A DNA stretch of 56,632 nucleotides from Armatimonadota bacterium (GCA_046292385.1 JBKBRF010000041.1:1-56632), one strand, 5' to 3'; counted from the first letter of the stretch, positions 17,798-28,382 are shown. The notes: generated by a model not told the origin, from the letters alone. Numbers and translations: made by a program.

Positions 17798-19237
17798 CTA
17801 CCCGCGGGAACGGCGGCGGCGGCGCCCGGAGGACGAGCCGCCGCTCGGGGCCTGGGGGGCCGGGGCGGCCGGCTGGACCGGCGGAGAGTGCAGGCTCTGC
17901 TGGTAGTACTCGTCCAGCAGCATCGCGATCAGCGCGGACTCGTCCTCGTTCTCCGCCAGGCTGCGCCCCAGCCCTACGAAGCGACGGCTGCGCTCCGTCT
18001 GGAGCCGGTCGCGGTCGCGAAGGCGGGCTTCCAGCAGCGCGGTGAGCCGCTCCGTCACCACCGCCTCTACGTCTTCATCGGTCGGCAGCGGCCGCTCGGT
18101 GATCTCCACACCGAAGCGCTTGGAGATCTCCTTCAGGTTCAGCCGCTCCATGCCGGTAACGAGCGTCACGCAGATCCCGGAGGCGCCCGCCCGCCCGGTG
18201 CGGCCGGCGCGGTGGATGTAGAGCTCCGGGTCCTCCGGCGGCTCGTACTGGAACACGTGAGAGAGCTCCGGCACGTCGAGCCCGCGCGCGGCAACGTCGG
18301 TGGCCACGAGGAACCGCAGGCTCCCCTGCCGCACTCGCGCCAGCACCTTCTCCCGGTCCTGCTGGGAGAGGTCCGCGCTCAGCTCGTCCGCGTCGTAGCC
18401 GAAGCGCTGGAGCACCACCGTGATGTAGTGGACCTTCGCCTTGGTGTTGCAGAAGATGATGGCCGAAGCCGGGTTGTCGATCTCGATCAGCCGGACCAGC
18501 GTCCGGTCTTTGTCCATCCCCGGCACCTCGACATACTGGTGGTCGATGTCGGTGACATGCTCCTGGCCGTGCGTCAGGCTCAGGAAGTCCGGATCCGGGA
18601 TGAACTCGCGAGCGGTGCGGAGCACGTAAGCGGGGAAGGTGGCGGAGAACATGCAGCGCTGGATCCGCCCCGCGGGCAGCAGCCGCTCCAGCCGCTTCAT
18701 GTCCGGATAGAAGCCCATGGAGAGCATCCGGTCGGCCTCGTCGTAGACGAGCATCCGCAGCTTCGGGATCGAGAGCGCCCGCTTCAGGATCATGTCGAGC
18801 GTTCGGCCCGGGGTGCCGATCACGATCTGCGCCCCTTGCTTCAGCGCCTCGATCTGCTGTCCGTATCCCACTCCCCCGTAGAGCACCGCGGTCTTGAAGC
18901 CGGCCTCCGCGCAGAGCGTGCGCGCGTCCTGCTCCACCTGCCGGGCCAGCTCGCGGGTCGGCACCAGCACCAGCGCCTGGCAGTCCGGCACACTCGCGTC
19001 GAGCTGCTCCAGCATCGGGAGGAGGAAGGCGCCGGTCTTGCCGCTGCCGGTGCGCGCCTGGACGATCATGTCCCGCCCCGCGAGGACATACGGAATGCCG
19101 TGTGCCTGCACCGGCATCAGCGAGCTCCACCCCGCTGCCTGGGCGGCGGCGCGGAGGCGCTCCGGCAGCTCTTCCAGAGTGACGGCAGGGAGCGCGTCTT
19201 CCGGCTCGGTAATGGAAGGGGTCGGTTCCTGGCTCAA
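17798..19237 (-). CDS. DEAD-box RNA helicase
   Basis: ARTGSGKT, PTRELA, DEAD, SAT, ARGLD, HRAGRTGRAG. Confidence 0.95.
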   Translation of the reverse strand: MSQEPTPSITEPEDALPAVTLEELPERLRAAAQAAGWSSLMPVQAHGIPYVLAGRDMIVQARTGSGKTGAFLLPMLEQLDASVPDCQALVLVPTRELARQVEQDARTLCAEAGFKTAVLYGGVGYGQQIEALKQGAQIVIGTPGRTLDMILKRALSIPKLRMLVYDEADRMLSMGFYPDMKRLERLLPAGRIQRCMFSATFPAYVLRTAREFIPDPDFLSLTHGQEHVTDIDHQYVEVPGMDKDRTLVRLIEIDNPASAIIFCNTKAKVHYITVVLQRFGYDADELSADLSQQDREKVLARVRQGSLRFLVATDVAARGLDVPELSHVFQYEPPEDPELYIHRAGRTGRAGASGICVTLVTGMERLNLKEISKRFGVEITERPLPTDEDVEAVVTERLTALLEARLRDRDRLQTERSRRFVGLGRSLAENEDESALIAMLLDEYYQQSLHSPPVQPAAPAPQAPSGGSSSGRRRRRSRG

Positions 19238-19428
19238 GGGATTTCACTCCGATCGTCTGTGGGGGACCGGTTAATTCTATCTCCCTCTCACCGGCGGGAG
19301 GGGATGCCGGACGCAGCAGGGACACGTGGAGTCGCCGCGGGTGTGGCGTAGATCACTGCTTCACGCAAGGTCGGGCGGATAGGATGGAGCGACAGCTTCG
19401 ATCGACGAACCCGCGGCAGGAGGGCGAG

Positions 19429-20286
19429 ATGAACGTCACACTTAGGCCGGCAGCGCAAGAGGATCTGGGGGAGTGCGCGCGCATCTGCTACGCGGCATTC
19501 CAGAACATCGCCACGCGCCACAGCTTTCCGCCGGACTTCCCGTCGGTGGAGGTGGCGGAGCACGTGCTGCGCGGAATGCTCCAGCACCCGGAGTTCTACG
19601 GAGTGGTCGCCGAGGAAGAGGGCCGGGTGATCGGCAGCAACTTTCTGGATGAACGCTCCCCCATCGCCGGCCTCGGACCGATCACGATCGACCCCACCAC
19701 CCAAAACTCCGGGGTGGGCCGCCTCCTGATGGAGCACGTGCTGGAGCGAGCGCGGGAGGCGGGCCGACCCGGAGTCCGGCTGCTGCAGGCGGCCTATCAC
19801 GGGCGCTCGCTCAGCCTGTACGCCAAGCTCGGCTTCGACGTTCGTGAACCGCTGGTGAACCTGCAGGGACCCGTTATCCGGCAGGAGCTCCCCGGGTACC
19901 GGGTACGCGCGGCGAGCGCTGACGACCTCGACGCCTGCAACGACCTCTGCACGCGGGTCCATGGACACCACCGCTCCGGCGAGGTACGGGATGCCATCCG
20001 CCACGGAACGGCCGCGGTGGTCGAATACGGAGGGCGGGTCACCGGCTACACCACCGGCATCGGCTTCCTCGGGCACACGGTCGGGGAATCGAACCGTGAG
20101 GTACAGGCGCTGATCGGAGCGGCTCCGGAGTACTTCGGTCCGGGCCTGCTGCTTCCCACGCGGAACGGTGAGCTGTTCCGCTGGTGCCTGGAAAACGGCC
20201 TGCAGGTGGTCCAGACGATGACCCTGATGTCAGTCGGTCTCTACAACGAGCCGCGGGGAGCGTTCCTGCCCTCGATTCTGTACTGA
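19429..20286 (+). CDS. GNAT-family N-acetyltransferase
   Basis: QNSGVGRLLM acetyl-CoA motif, LYAKLGF; AGGAGG before ATG 19429. Confidence 0.88.
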   Translation: MNVTLRPAAQEDLGECARICYAAFQNIATRHSFPPDFPSVEVAEHVLRGMLQHPEFYGVVAEEEGRVIGSNFLDERSPIAGLGPITIDPTTQNSGVGRLLMEHVLERAREAGRPGVRLLQAAYHGRSLSLYAKLGFDVREPLVNLQGPVIRQELPGYRVRAASADDLDACNDLCTRVHGHHRSGEVRDAIRHGTAAVVEYGGRVTGYTTGIGFLGHTVGESNREVQALIGAAPEYFGPGLLLPTRNGELFRWCLENGLQVVQTMTLMSVGLYNEPRGAFLPSILY

Positions 20287-20309
20287 AAGGCCGGCCTTCG
20301 TACCCGGAG

Positions 20310-21785
20310 TCAGCGGCGGTTGCGGAGGTCGAAAGCCCAGAAGAAGGAGAGCGGGCGCATGCGGCTGTTGGCGACGCGGACGATCGCCTCCGCAAGGCGG
20401 TCCGAGTTGTGGCGGACGACGTTGCTCTGGCTCATGAAGTCGCCGTTGATGGAGCGCAGCCCCAGCTTCTTGATCTCGTCCACGTCCGGGAGCACCCAGT
20501 CGGAGCCGGAGCGGGCGTACCGCTCCCGGAGCTCGTCGTTCGGCTCCTCCACGTTCACCAGCACGTAGTCGAAGATCGGCATGCCGGCGTGACGCAGGAC
20601 CGCCTTCACGTGGTCGGCGGCGGTAAAGCGGTCGGTCTCGCCGGGCTGCGTCATCACGTTGCAGACGTACATCTTGGCCGCGCGGCTGTTCGCCACCGCC
20701 TCCGCCACGCCCTGGACCAGGAAGTTCGGCACCACGCTGGTGTAGACGCTGCCGGGACCGATCACGATGGCGTCCGCCGTGTTGATCGCCTCGATCGCCT
20801 CGTCCAGCGGCTCGGCGTCCGGATCGCTCAGCATCATCTGCTTGATCCGGGCACCCGCCCGGGCGATGTTCGTCTCCCCTTCCAGGAGGGTGCCGTCGTC
20901 CAGCTCCGCCATCAGGCGCACCTGGCGCACGGTGGACGGCAGCACGCGGCCGCGGATGGCGAGAACGCGGCTCGTCTGCCGGACCGCTTCCTCGAAGTCT
21001 CCGGTGATGTGCAGCATCGCCGCGATCAGGATGTTTCCGAAGGAGTGGCCCTCCAGGCCGGAGCGCTCCCCCGCCTGGAAGCGGTACTGGAACAGCTCCT
21101 GCATCAGCGGCTCGGCGTCTGCCAGCGCCACCAGGCAGTTCCGGATATCTCCCGGGGGGAGCATGTTGAACTCCCGCTGGAGGCGGCCGCTGCTGCCGCC
21201 ATCGTCCGTCACGGTGACGATGGCGGTGATGTTGCTGGTGTACTCCTTGAGGCCGCGCAGGAGCGTGGAGAGGCCGGTACCGCCGCCGATCACCACGATG
21301 CGCGCGCCGTGAGCCAGCTGCCGGCGCCGCCAGATCACGTCGACGATCGGCCCTTCCGAGCTGGGGGCGACGGCAGAGGTGATCGAGGTGAGGATGTTGC
21401 TCACCCCGTACAGGAAGACCAGCAGCCCCAACATGGCGGTCGGGAGGCCCAGGATCACCTGGTAGGTGAGCGAGCTGAAGGCGTTGTCCGCGATGTTGAT
21501 GCGGAGCGTGTCCCAGAGCCACTGCTGCAGGCGGTCGCCCAGGTCGGCGAGCTGCAGCAGGAACATCAGGTCGACACCCGCCACGAGCACGGCGATGCCG
21601 ATCAGCGCCACCAGCAGCCAGCGCTTCACCCGCATGCCGATGCGGAGCCACTTGAAGGCGTGTCCGAAGCTTTCCAGCGCCCCGCCGCGGCGCGGCGGCG
21701 GCGCGGCGGCGCGATCGGAGCGCGCGCGGCCGTTTCGTTCCGCCGCGTCGGCGCGGCGCTGTTGCTCGTTGCTCTGGATCGACAT
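20310..21785 (-). CDS. yvcK: YvcK/GlmR-family gluconeogenesis factor with N-terminal TM region
   Basis: IGGGTGL, DDGGSSGRL, PPGDIRNCL, GHSFGN, GPGSVYTSV. Confidence 0.92.
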   Translation of the reverse strand: MSIQSNEQQRRADAAERNGRARSDRAAAPPPRRGGALESFGHAFKWLRIGMRVKRWLLVALIGIAVLVAGVDLMFLLQLADLGDRLQQWLWDTLRINIADNAFSSLTYQVILGLPTAMLGLLVFLYGVSNILTSITSAVAPSSEGPIVDVIWRRRQLAHGARIVVIGGGTGLSTLLRGLKEYTSNITAIVTVTDDGGSSGRLQREFNMLPPGDIRNCLVALADAEPLMQELFQYRFQAGERSGLEGHSFGNILIAAMLHITGDFEEAVRQTSRVLAIRGRVLPSTVRQVRLMAELDDGTLLEGETNIARAGARIKQMMLSDPDAEPLDEAIEAINTADAIVIGPGSVYTSVVPNFLVQGVAEAVANSRAAKMYVCNVMTQPGETDRFTAADHVKAVLRHAGMPIFDYVLVNVEEPNDELRERYARSGSDWVLPDVDEIKKLGLRSINGDFMSQSNVVRHNSDRLAEAIVRVANSRMRPLSFFWAFDLRNRR

Positions 21786-21909
21786 GAGCGGTGGGAGGCG
21801 GACACACCGTCCGCCTCTCGCAACCCGGACCTCTTCAGACCCGAGCGGACTTCGACCTGGGATCTTCCCGGCGGGGCGCTCCCGTATGCGCCCCGCCGGG
21901 GAGAGAACG

Positions 21910-22761
21910 CTACTTCTTGATGTCGCGGTGCTGCACCAGCGGCTCGTACCCCCGGCCCCGCAGGAACCCGGCCAGGTCTTCCGCCACCATCACGGAGCGA
22001 TGCCGGCCGCCGGTACACCCGATCGCAATCGTCAGGTACGCCTTCCCTTCCGCCATGTAGGGCGGGATGGAGAAGTCGACGAGCTCAGAGAGCCGATCCA
22101 GGAACGGACGCGTCAGCGGGTCCTGCCGGATGTACTCCGCCACCTCCGTCTGCCGGCCGTCCTGCCAGCGCAGCTCCCGCACGTAATGCGGGTTGGCCAG
22201 GAAGCGGACGTCGAAGACCAGATCGGCGTCGAGCGGCAGACCGTGTTTGAAGCCGAAGGAGACGATGGTGATCACCAGCCCGGTCCCCACGCGAGTCTCG
22301 TCTCCGAACAGCTCCGTCAGCAGCTGGGAGAGCGAGCGTGGGGTGTGGTCGCTCGTATCGATCACCTTGTCGGCGCGGTCCTTCAGATCGGTCAGCAGCT
22401 CCCGCTCCTTCTGGATCGACGGCAGGATGCCCCCTACCTCCAGCAGCAGCGGGTGCTTCCGGCGGGTCTCTTTGAACCGGTTCACCAGCACCGGGTCGGA
22501 CGCTTCCAGAAAGAGGATGGTGGGCCGGACCTCCAGCTGCTCCAGCGCGTTCAGGGCGGGCTGCAGCTTCTCCAGCTCGCGGCCGGCGCGGACGTCGACC
22601 ACCGCCGCGATCCCGGGCGCGCCGGCGGTGCCGAGCTCGGCGAGCTGCGGCAGGAGCGCCGGCGGGATGTTATCGACGCAGTAATAGCCGAGGTCTTCGA
22701 AGATCCTCAGCGCCTGGGACTTCCCGGAGCCGGAGATGCCGGTGATGATGATGAAGCGCAC
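21910..22761 (-). CDS. rapZ: RNase adapter RapZ/YvcJ P-loop protein
   Basis: GISGSGKS, CVDN, SFGFKHG, DVRFLANP, GCTGGRHRSV. Confidence 0.95.
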   Translation of the reverse strand: MRFIIITGISGSGKSQALRIFEDLGYYCVDNIPPALLPQLAELGTAGAPGIAAVVDVRAGRELEKLQPALNALEQLEVRPTILFLEASDPVLVNRFKETRRKHPLLLEVGGILPSIQKERELLTDLKDRADKVIDTSDHTPRSLSQLLTELFGDETRVGTGLVITIVSFGFKHGLPLDADLVFDVRFLANPHYVRELRWQDGRQTEVAEYIRQDPLTRPFLDRLSELVDFSIPPYMAEGKAYLTIAIGCTGGRHRSVMVAEDLAGFLRGRGYEPLVQHRDIKK

Positions 22762-22768
22762 GGCGAGC

Positions 22769-23152
22769 TCAGTCTTCTTCTTCGTTGTCGCGGATGATGA
22801 GCTTGTTCAGCAGCCCGCCCAGGAGACCGACCACGATGGCCCCGAGCAGCGCGCCGAGGAAGCCGGTGTCGAACACCGGCATCGCGAGTTGAGCCATGAT
22901 GACCGGCACCAGCCAGAACATCAGGGCGTTGATCAGGACCCCCACGATCCCGAACGTCAGGCAGTTCAGGGGCGCGGTGAGCAGCCGGAGGATCGGGCGG
23001 ATCAGCGCGTTGACCAGCGCCATCACCACCACTGCGAGGAACCAGCCGTACCACGGCCCCTTCCCGATCTCCGCCAGCCCGAGCGCGCTCAGGAGCCAGA
23101 CGGTCAGGTAAAGTGCCGCCGCCGTTATCGCCCACCGCAGCAGGATCTGCAT
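22769..23152 (-). CDS. YvlD-like 4-TM membrane protein (phage holin family)
   Basis: VNALIRPILRLLTAPLNCLTFG..INALMF signature. Confidence 0.88.
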   Translation of the reverse strand: MQILLRWAITAAALYLTVWLLSALGLAEIGKGPWYGWFLAVVVMALVNALIRPILRLLTAPLNCLTFGIVGVLINALMFWLVPVIMAQLAMPVFDTGFLGALLGAIVVGLLGGLLNKLIIRDNEEED

Positions 23153-23329
23153 CGGAATGGTGTCCCCGCGCGCAACAGGGCAGGCCTACCGCCTGCCCCG
23201 CATCTTCACAGTACGTCCGGTCTGCACCTCTAACGGTTTCGACGGAGAGACGGAGCGACGGAGAGCGTAGGAGATCGTGCTCTCGACGGCAGTAATTCTC
23301 GTCCACCCGTTTCCCACGCCGATCCCGGA

Positions 23330-25150
23330 CTACGCCCGCAGCGCCTCGAAAAGCCGCTCGGCGACCGGCCGCGTCATGCCCGGCGCCCCGGCCAGATCGT
23401 CGATGCTAGCTTGTTTCATCTTATCGACGCTGCCAAAGTGTTTCAACAACGCCTGCCGCCGCCGGTCGCCGATGCCCGGAATCGCGTCGAGCGCGCTGCG
23501 CGTCTGGCGCTTGCTCCGCAGCTTGCGGTGGTAGGTGAGACCGAAGCGGTGCGCCTCGTCCCGGATCCGCTGCAGCAGGAAGAGCGCCTGGCTGTTCCGC
23601 GGCAGCAGGACCGACTCGCTGCGGCCCGGGACGAACACCTCTTCGAACCGCTTGGCCAGGCCGACCGTGGGAATCTCGACTCCTACCTCGCGCTCCACTT
23701 CCAGCGCGGCGCCCAATTGTCCTTTGCCGCCATCAATCACGATCAGGTCCGGCATCTCCGCGAACTTGCCGTCCCCGGAGATTCCGCGCTCCAGCCGCCG
23801 CTTCAACACCTCTTGCATGCTGGCGAAGTCGTTGGGGCCCTCTACCGTCTTGATCTTGAACTTTCGGTAGTCCGACTTCTTCGGCTGCCCCGCCTCGAAC
23901 ACCACCATCGCGCCGACCGATTCGGTGCCCTGCGTGTTGCTGATGTCGTAGCACTCGATCCGGTACGGGAGCGAGGGCAGCTCCAGCGCTTCCTGCAGCA
24001 CCAGCATCGCCTCGTCGGCCTTGCCCTGGTCGGAGGCAATCTGTGTCTTTCGCTCCTGCAGAAGCTGCCGCGCGTTCGTCTCCGCCAGCTCCACCAGGCG
24101 GCGCTTCTCGCCGCGCTGCGGCACCAGCACCTCCACCTTGCCGCCGCGGAGGCCGCGCAGCCATTCCGCCAGCACCTCCTGCTGCTCCACCGGATGGCTC
24201 AGGAGCACCTGCCGGGGGCTCTTCCCCGCGCGGGTGTAGTACTGCTCCACGAACTGCCGCAGCGCCTCGCCCAACTCGTCCGCGTGGGCGCCTTCCAGAA
24301 AAACGCGCTCCTGCCCCTGCAGCCGGCCGCCGCGCACCTGCAGTACGCAGGCGCAGGTCTGCACGGAGTCGCTCACCAGCGCTACCACGTCCTGGTCTTC
24401 CAGATCGGTAGAGAGCACCTTCTGCCGCTCCACGACCTGCTGGATGGCACGGATCTGGTCTCGCGCCCGCGCCGCCGCCTCGAAGTTCAGCTCCTCCGCG
24501 GCGCGCTCCATCTCCGCTTCCAGCTTTCGGAGCGCCACGTCCGCGCGGCCTTCCAGGAACTGCGCGACCTCGTCGACCGCCCGCAGGTACTCCACTCTCT
24601 CCACCAGGCTGGCGCACGGCGCGGAGCAGAGCCCCAGATGGTAGTCGAGGCAGACCTTCTGCCGGTCGCCCTCCTCGATCTTGCGGGAGCAGCTCCGCAG
24701 GCGGAAGACCGACTTGATCACCCGCAGCGCCTGCCGCATGGCGTAGGAGTTGGTGTACGGACCAAAGTAGCGGTTGCCGTCCCGCCGCGCCCGGCGCACC
24801 ACGATCGGGCGGGGAAACGGCTCGTCCATCTTCAGGCAGATGTACGGGTAGTGCTTGTCGTCCCGCAGCCGCACGTTGAACGGCGGCCGGTGCCGCTTGA
24901 TCAGGTTGCACTCCAGCAGGAGCGCCTCCACGGCACTGTCCGTCACCACCGTCTCCAGGCTCGCCACCCGCGAGACCATGATCCGGATGCGGCTGGAGTG
25001 CGCGGCGCTCTCCTGGAAGTAGGAACGCACCCGGTTCCGCAGCACCTCCGCCTTGCCGACGTACAGCACCTCTCCGGCCGCATCTTTGAAGAGATAGCAG
25101 CCGGGCTTATCCGGGAGCTGGGCGAGCTGGTGCTGAAGGTCGGGAGTCAT
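23330..25150 (-). CDS. uvrC: Excinuclease ABC subunit C
   Basis: PGCYLF..YVGKA GIY-YIG domain, IECYDISN, DGGKGQL, RDEAHRF, C-terminal HhH; TATAAT upstream at 25183-25188. Confidence 0.97.
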   Translation of the reverse strand: MTPDLQHQLAQLPDKPGCYLFKDAAGEVLYVGKAEVLRNRVRSYFQESAAHSSRIRIMVSRVASLETVVTDSAVEALLLECNLIKRHRPPFNVRLRDDKHYPYICLKMDEPFPRPIVVRRARRDGNRYFGPYTNSYAMRQALRVIKSVFRLRSCSRKIEEGDRQKVCLDYHLGLCSAPCASLVERVEYLRAVDEVAQFLEGRADVALRKLEAEMERAAEELNFEAAARARDQIRAIQQVVERQKVLSTDLEDQDVVALVSDSVQTCACVLQVRGGRLQGQERVFLEGAHADELGEALRQFVEQYYTRAGKSPRQVLLSHPVEQQEVLAEWLRGLRGGKVEVLVPQRGEKRRLVELAETNARQLLQERKTQIASDQGKADEAMLVLQEALELPSLPYRIECYDISNTQGTESVGAMVVFEAGQPKKSDYRKFKIKTVEGPNDFASMQEVLKRRLERGISGDGKFAEMPDLIVIDGGKGQLGAALEVEREVGVEIPTVGLAKRFEEVFVPGRSESVLLPRNSQALFLLQRIRDEAHRFGLTYHRKLRSKRQTRSALDAIPGIGDRRRQALLKHFGSVDKMKQASIDDLAGAPGMTRPVAERLFEALRA

Positions 25151-25260
25151 CGGCGGTGGGCGAATCTTTGTTTGCGCCCCCCATTATACCCCCGCGTCCT
25201 CATCGACGGAACAGCCGACCAGGCGCCGGAGAGCGGCCCCCGGCGCCCGGGGGCTTGCCC

Positions 25261-26232
25261 TCACTTCTTCAGGCAGCACTTCTTGTACTTCAGCCCGCTG
25301 CCGCACGGGCACGGGTCGTTCCGGCCAGGCTTCGGCCCCACGACCTCGGGACGCCGCGGCGCGTACGGGTCGTCCTCCCACTCATGGCCGGGGAGCGCGG
25401 GTACGGTAGGCGCATCGACGGCGGCCGGCGCGGGGGCGTATTTCTCGAGGCCGAGCTCGGACTGAATTCCCCCATCCGTCGGACGGTCCGGCTGGAAGCA
25501 GGACCACCACTCCGTCTCGGCGATGACATCTTTGACCAGGCGGTACTGCGGATCCACCGCCGTGGCGGCCAGGGTCGCTTCCTTTCCCCGGGCATAGAGC
25601 TCGTCCACGTCGGCGGGCGAGATGAAGAACTCGTCGACCTGCTTCTGCTTGTAGGCCGCCCGGATCTCGGGAAGCACGAGGTCCGGGTAGAGGTCGCACG
25701 AGTGCAGCACCAGCGATCCCCAGAAGACCGAGTGCCGCGGCGCCCGGGCGGTGTGGAAGAGATGGCGGAAGTACTCCAGCACCTCCTCCCGGGTTTTCTC
25801 TCCCGCTACCACCAGCGCCACCAGCGCCTGGAGCGCGGCGGACCGGGCATACTCATCGGCGCGGGGGTTCTCCGCCAGTTGCTGCAGCGGCCTGACGTCG
25901 CCGTCGTACACCGAGGCTAGAATGCGACCCAGGTCCTCGGTCAACGTCTCCCCGAGGGCCGCCTCGAGCTGCTCGGAGGGCTGCTGCGCCAGCCGGACTA
26001 TCAGCGGGTAGGCGCGGGTTTCCCGGAACTGCGCCAGCAGATAGAGCGACCATTGGTGCAGCCAGAAGTCCGGCTGGGTTGACGCCACCCGCAAGATCAC
26101 GTCGTCGAGACCGGCGAGCAGGTGCGGCGTGATCTCTTCCCTCCGCTCCACAGCGGCGAGAAGCGCTTCCTCCGGAAGCGGTCCCTCTCCTCCGAAGTCA
26201 TCCAGCTCCTTGAGAATGGCTTCGATTTCCAT
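25261..26232 (-). CDS. DUF1186-like protein with C-terminal SEC-C motif
   Basis: YLLAQFRETRAYP segment; GRNDPCPCGSGLKYKKCC. Confidence 0.85.
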   Translation of the reverse strand: MEIEAILKELDDFGGEGPLPEEALLAAVERREEITPHLLAGLDDVILRVASTQPDFWLHQWSLYLLAQFRETRAYPLIVRLAQQPSEQLEAALGETLTEDLGRILASVYDGDVRPLQQLAENPRADEYARSAALQALVALVVAGEKTREEVLEYFRHLFHTARAPRHSVFWGSLVLHSCDLYPDLVLPEIRAAYKQKQVDEFFISPADVDELYARGKEATLAATAVDPQYRLVKDVIAETEWWSCFQPDRPTDGGIQSELGLEKYAPAPAAVDAPTVPALPGHEWEDDPYAPRRPEVVGPKPGRNDPCPCGSGLKYKKCCLKK

Positions 26233-26422
26233 ACGATTGCCCCCACCTCACACGAAGTACCGCTGGCATCTGTAATCTATCGCTGCGCGCCCGAATCCGC
26301 CGTCTCCCGCCGGCCTTAACCAGTGCGCTGCGACGGCGGACCGCCGCGAGATCCCTCCCCTGCTGGAAGAGGCCGGCGTCGCGCAATCGGTGAACTGACC
26401 TGACACCAGTCGAGAAGCTCGG

Positions 26423-26830
26423 ATGCGCACCCGGATTGCCTCGGCGGCAGGTCTACCCGACGAATCCCAGCGACGGGTGCTGGTGGTGTCGACCGGATTC
26501 GTCGGCCGCATCGTCCAGGTGAGCCTGGAGCGGGCAGGGCATTCAGTCGCCATCGCGAGCGACCCGCAAGCGGCACTGGAGCGCCTGGGCGACGCCGTGC
26601 CGGACCTGCTGGTTATCGACCTGGACCTTCCGGAGCTGGCCGATGGCCTGGCGCTGCTCCGACGGATCCGGAGGCTCTATCCTCCCGCAGCGCTGCCGAT
26701 CGCGATGCTCGGCGACGCATGCGACGGCGAGATCGTGGCACAGGCCTGCTCCGCGGGGGCCGACTTCGGGCTCACGAAGCCGTTCGACCCGGCGGCTCTG
26801 ACGCGGTTTCTGAACAGCCGTGGCAGATGA
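26423..26830 (+). CDS. Single-domain response regulator, atypical receiver
   Basis: PDLLVIDLDLP..DG and AGAD..LTKPF are present; the N-terminal acidic pair and conserved Thr/Ser are missing. Confidence 0.75.
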   Translation: MRTRIASAAGLPDESQRRVLVVSTGFVGRIVQVSLERAGHSVAIASDPQAALERLGDAVPDLLVIDLDLPELADGLALLRRIRRLYPPAALPIAMLGDACDGEIVAQACSAGADFGLTKPFDPAALTRFLNSRGR

Positions 26831-26872
26831 GCGCTTCGATTGAAACGGACTCGAGAGGCCGCCGCGCTTCGG

Positions 26873-27502
26873 TCAGTCTTCCGGGTGCTCTTCAAGCAGG
26901 CGGCGCGCCTCGGTGACCTGATAGAGCTCCGGCACCTCGCCGCTCTCGTGAGCCTCGATCACCTGCCGCCAGTGACCTCGGGCCGCCGCGCGTTCACCCC
27001 GCGCGTTCAGCAGGACACCGAGCATCCAGTGCGCCGTCACGTGCCCGGGGCGGTGGTGCAGCGCTGCCTCGAATGCGGCGATGGCGGCGTCGCGGTCCCC
27101 CCGGGCCGCCAGCACCTCGCCGACGAAGAGATGCAGGTGCCCCAGTTGACGCGAGTCCGCCGGGTCCGCCAACCGGATCGCTGTCTGGAACTCGACCAGG
27201 GCCTCGTCGTTACGGCCATCGCTAAGCAGCGCGTGGCCCAACTCCGCACGCAGCTCCGCGCTCTCCGGGTTCCGTGCCACCGCCTCCTGCAGGGCAGTCA
27301 GCGGGACGGTCTCACTCCAGAACTCACCGGGTGTCACGCAAAGTCTCTCCAGCTTCTGCCGCGCTTGGGGGCACAGCCAGTCATCCGCGATTGAGCGGGG
27401 GATCGCGGCGTCACACCCTTCCTCGGAAGGTGCTGTCCCACCTCTTGCGCAGCGGTGGGACAGGCCACGAAGCCTCGTCTCGGGCACAGCTCGTTGGCTC
27501 AT
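26873..27502 (-). CDS. Tetratricopeptide-repeat protein
   Basis: TPR-like helices (ELGHALL..DEALVEFQTAIRL; AIAAFEAALHHRP). ATG 27502 overlaps the upstream stop (ATGA); start uncertain. Confidence 0.7.
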   Translation of the reverse strand: MSQRAVPETRLRGLSHRCARGGTAPSEEGCDAAIPRSIADDWLCPQARQKLERLCVTPGEFWSETVPLTALQEAVARNPESAELRAELGHALLSDGRNDEALVEFQTAIRLADPADSRQLGHLHLFVGEVLAARGDRDAAIAAFEAALHHRPGHVTAHWMLGVLLNARGERAAARGHWRQVIEAHESGEVPELYQVTEARRLLEEHPED

Positions 27503-28239
27503 CTTGAGTGTGACGCCTGGGCGGCCTCCCGCGATCGCTGACGAGAGAACGCAAGCTCCACCGCGCATGCGGCACCCCCGATGAGCAGCAGCAATACCCC
27601 CAGGCCGGCGGTGGCGACTCGGGTCCATGGTAGCGAGCGCGGCTGGTTGGGGAGCTCGGTGGCGGTATAGCCCGGCGGGATCTGGAACTGCTCCCCGGAG
27701 AGTGTGAGCGGCGTTTCGACGCGAGTCGCCACGAGCGAGACCGGCGGCAGCTTGCTGTCCGGAGCGCGCTCCATCCGCAGCGGGATGCCTTCCCAGAACC
27801 AGACGCGGATCGTGTGGAGCTGCCGGATCTCGCACGGCCGGCCGAGCACGGTCCCCTGCCCCACCGGAATTCCGGCCCCGGTGGCGGGCGTCACGTGCGG
27901 CATCGAGTCGGCATTCATCCAGAGGTCGCCCGGCTTGAGTCGCGCGTGCTGCGCGGTCTTCGTGTGGGGATGCAGCATCCAGAAGTCGGCGCCGTGCCCC
28001 ACCACCGTCTCCGGCGCGCTTGCCGAGCCCAGTTCCTGGCGATACCGCGCGCCGCGCTCCGTCCAGGCGAAAACAGAGCTCCCCGCCCCTCCCGGTCCCT
28101 GGAAGCGGTAGGTCACACGGCCAGTCTCGGCCGCGAGCGGCGGCAGCGGATTGGCGGGAGCCCGCTGAAGCTGCAGACCCCCCAAGAGACACCCCACCGC
28201 CAGTGCGCCCAGCACCGCCCGAAACACCCAGCGAATCAC
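27499..28239 (-). CDS. Exported protein with C-terminal membrane anchor
   Basis: Signal-like N-terminus, TVLGRPCE..VWFWEGIPLR, FQIPPGY, hydrophobic C-terminal helix. Confidence 0.7.
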   Translation of the reverse strand: MIRWVFRAVLGALAVGCLLGGLQLQRAPANPLPPLAAETGRVTYRFQGPGGAGSSVFAWTERGARYRQELGSASAPETVVGHGADFWMLHPHTKTAQHARLKPGDLWMNADSMPHVTPATGAGIPVGQGTVLGRPCEIRQLHTIRVWFWEGIPLRMERAPDSKLPPVSLVATRVETPLTLSGEQFQIPPGYTATELPNQPRSLPWTRVATAGLGVLLLLIGGAACAVELAFSRQRSREAAQASHSR

Positions 28240-28382
28240 GGCTATCGGTTCCTTTCACCAATCCACCCATACGCAGCGTCCGAGATGCAGACGGGGGGAC
28301 TCCCGCTCGGGTTACGCGCCGCATCGCCGGCCGTGCAGGCACCCCGGCGTAGGAGGCGTGCCCCTCCCTCTGGAAACTGGGG

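Noticed and set aside
22769..23152. Prophage suggested by the holin-family gene
   Set aside because: YvlD-type proteins are commonly chromosomal, and there are no other phage genes.
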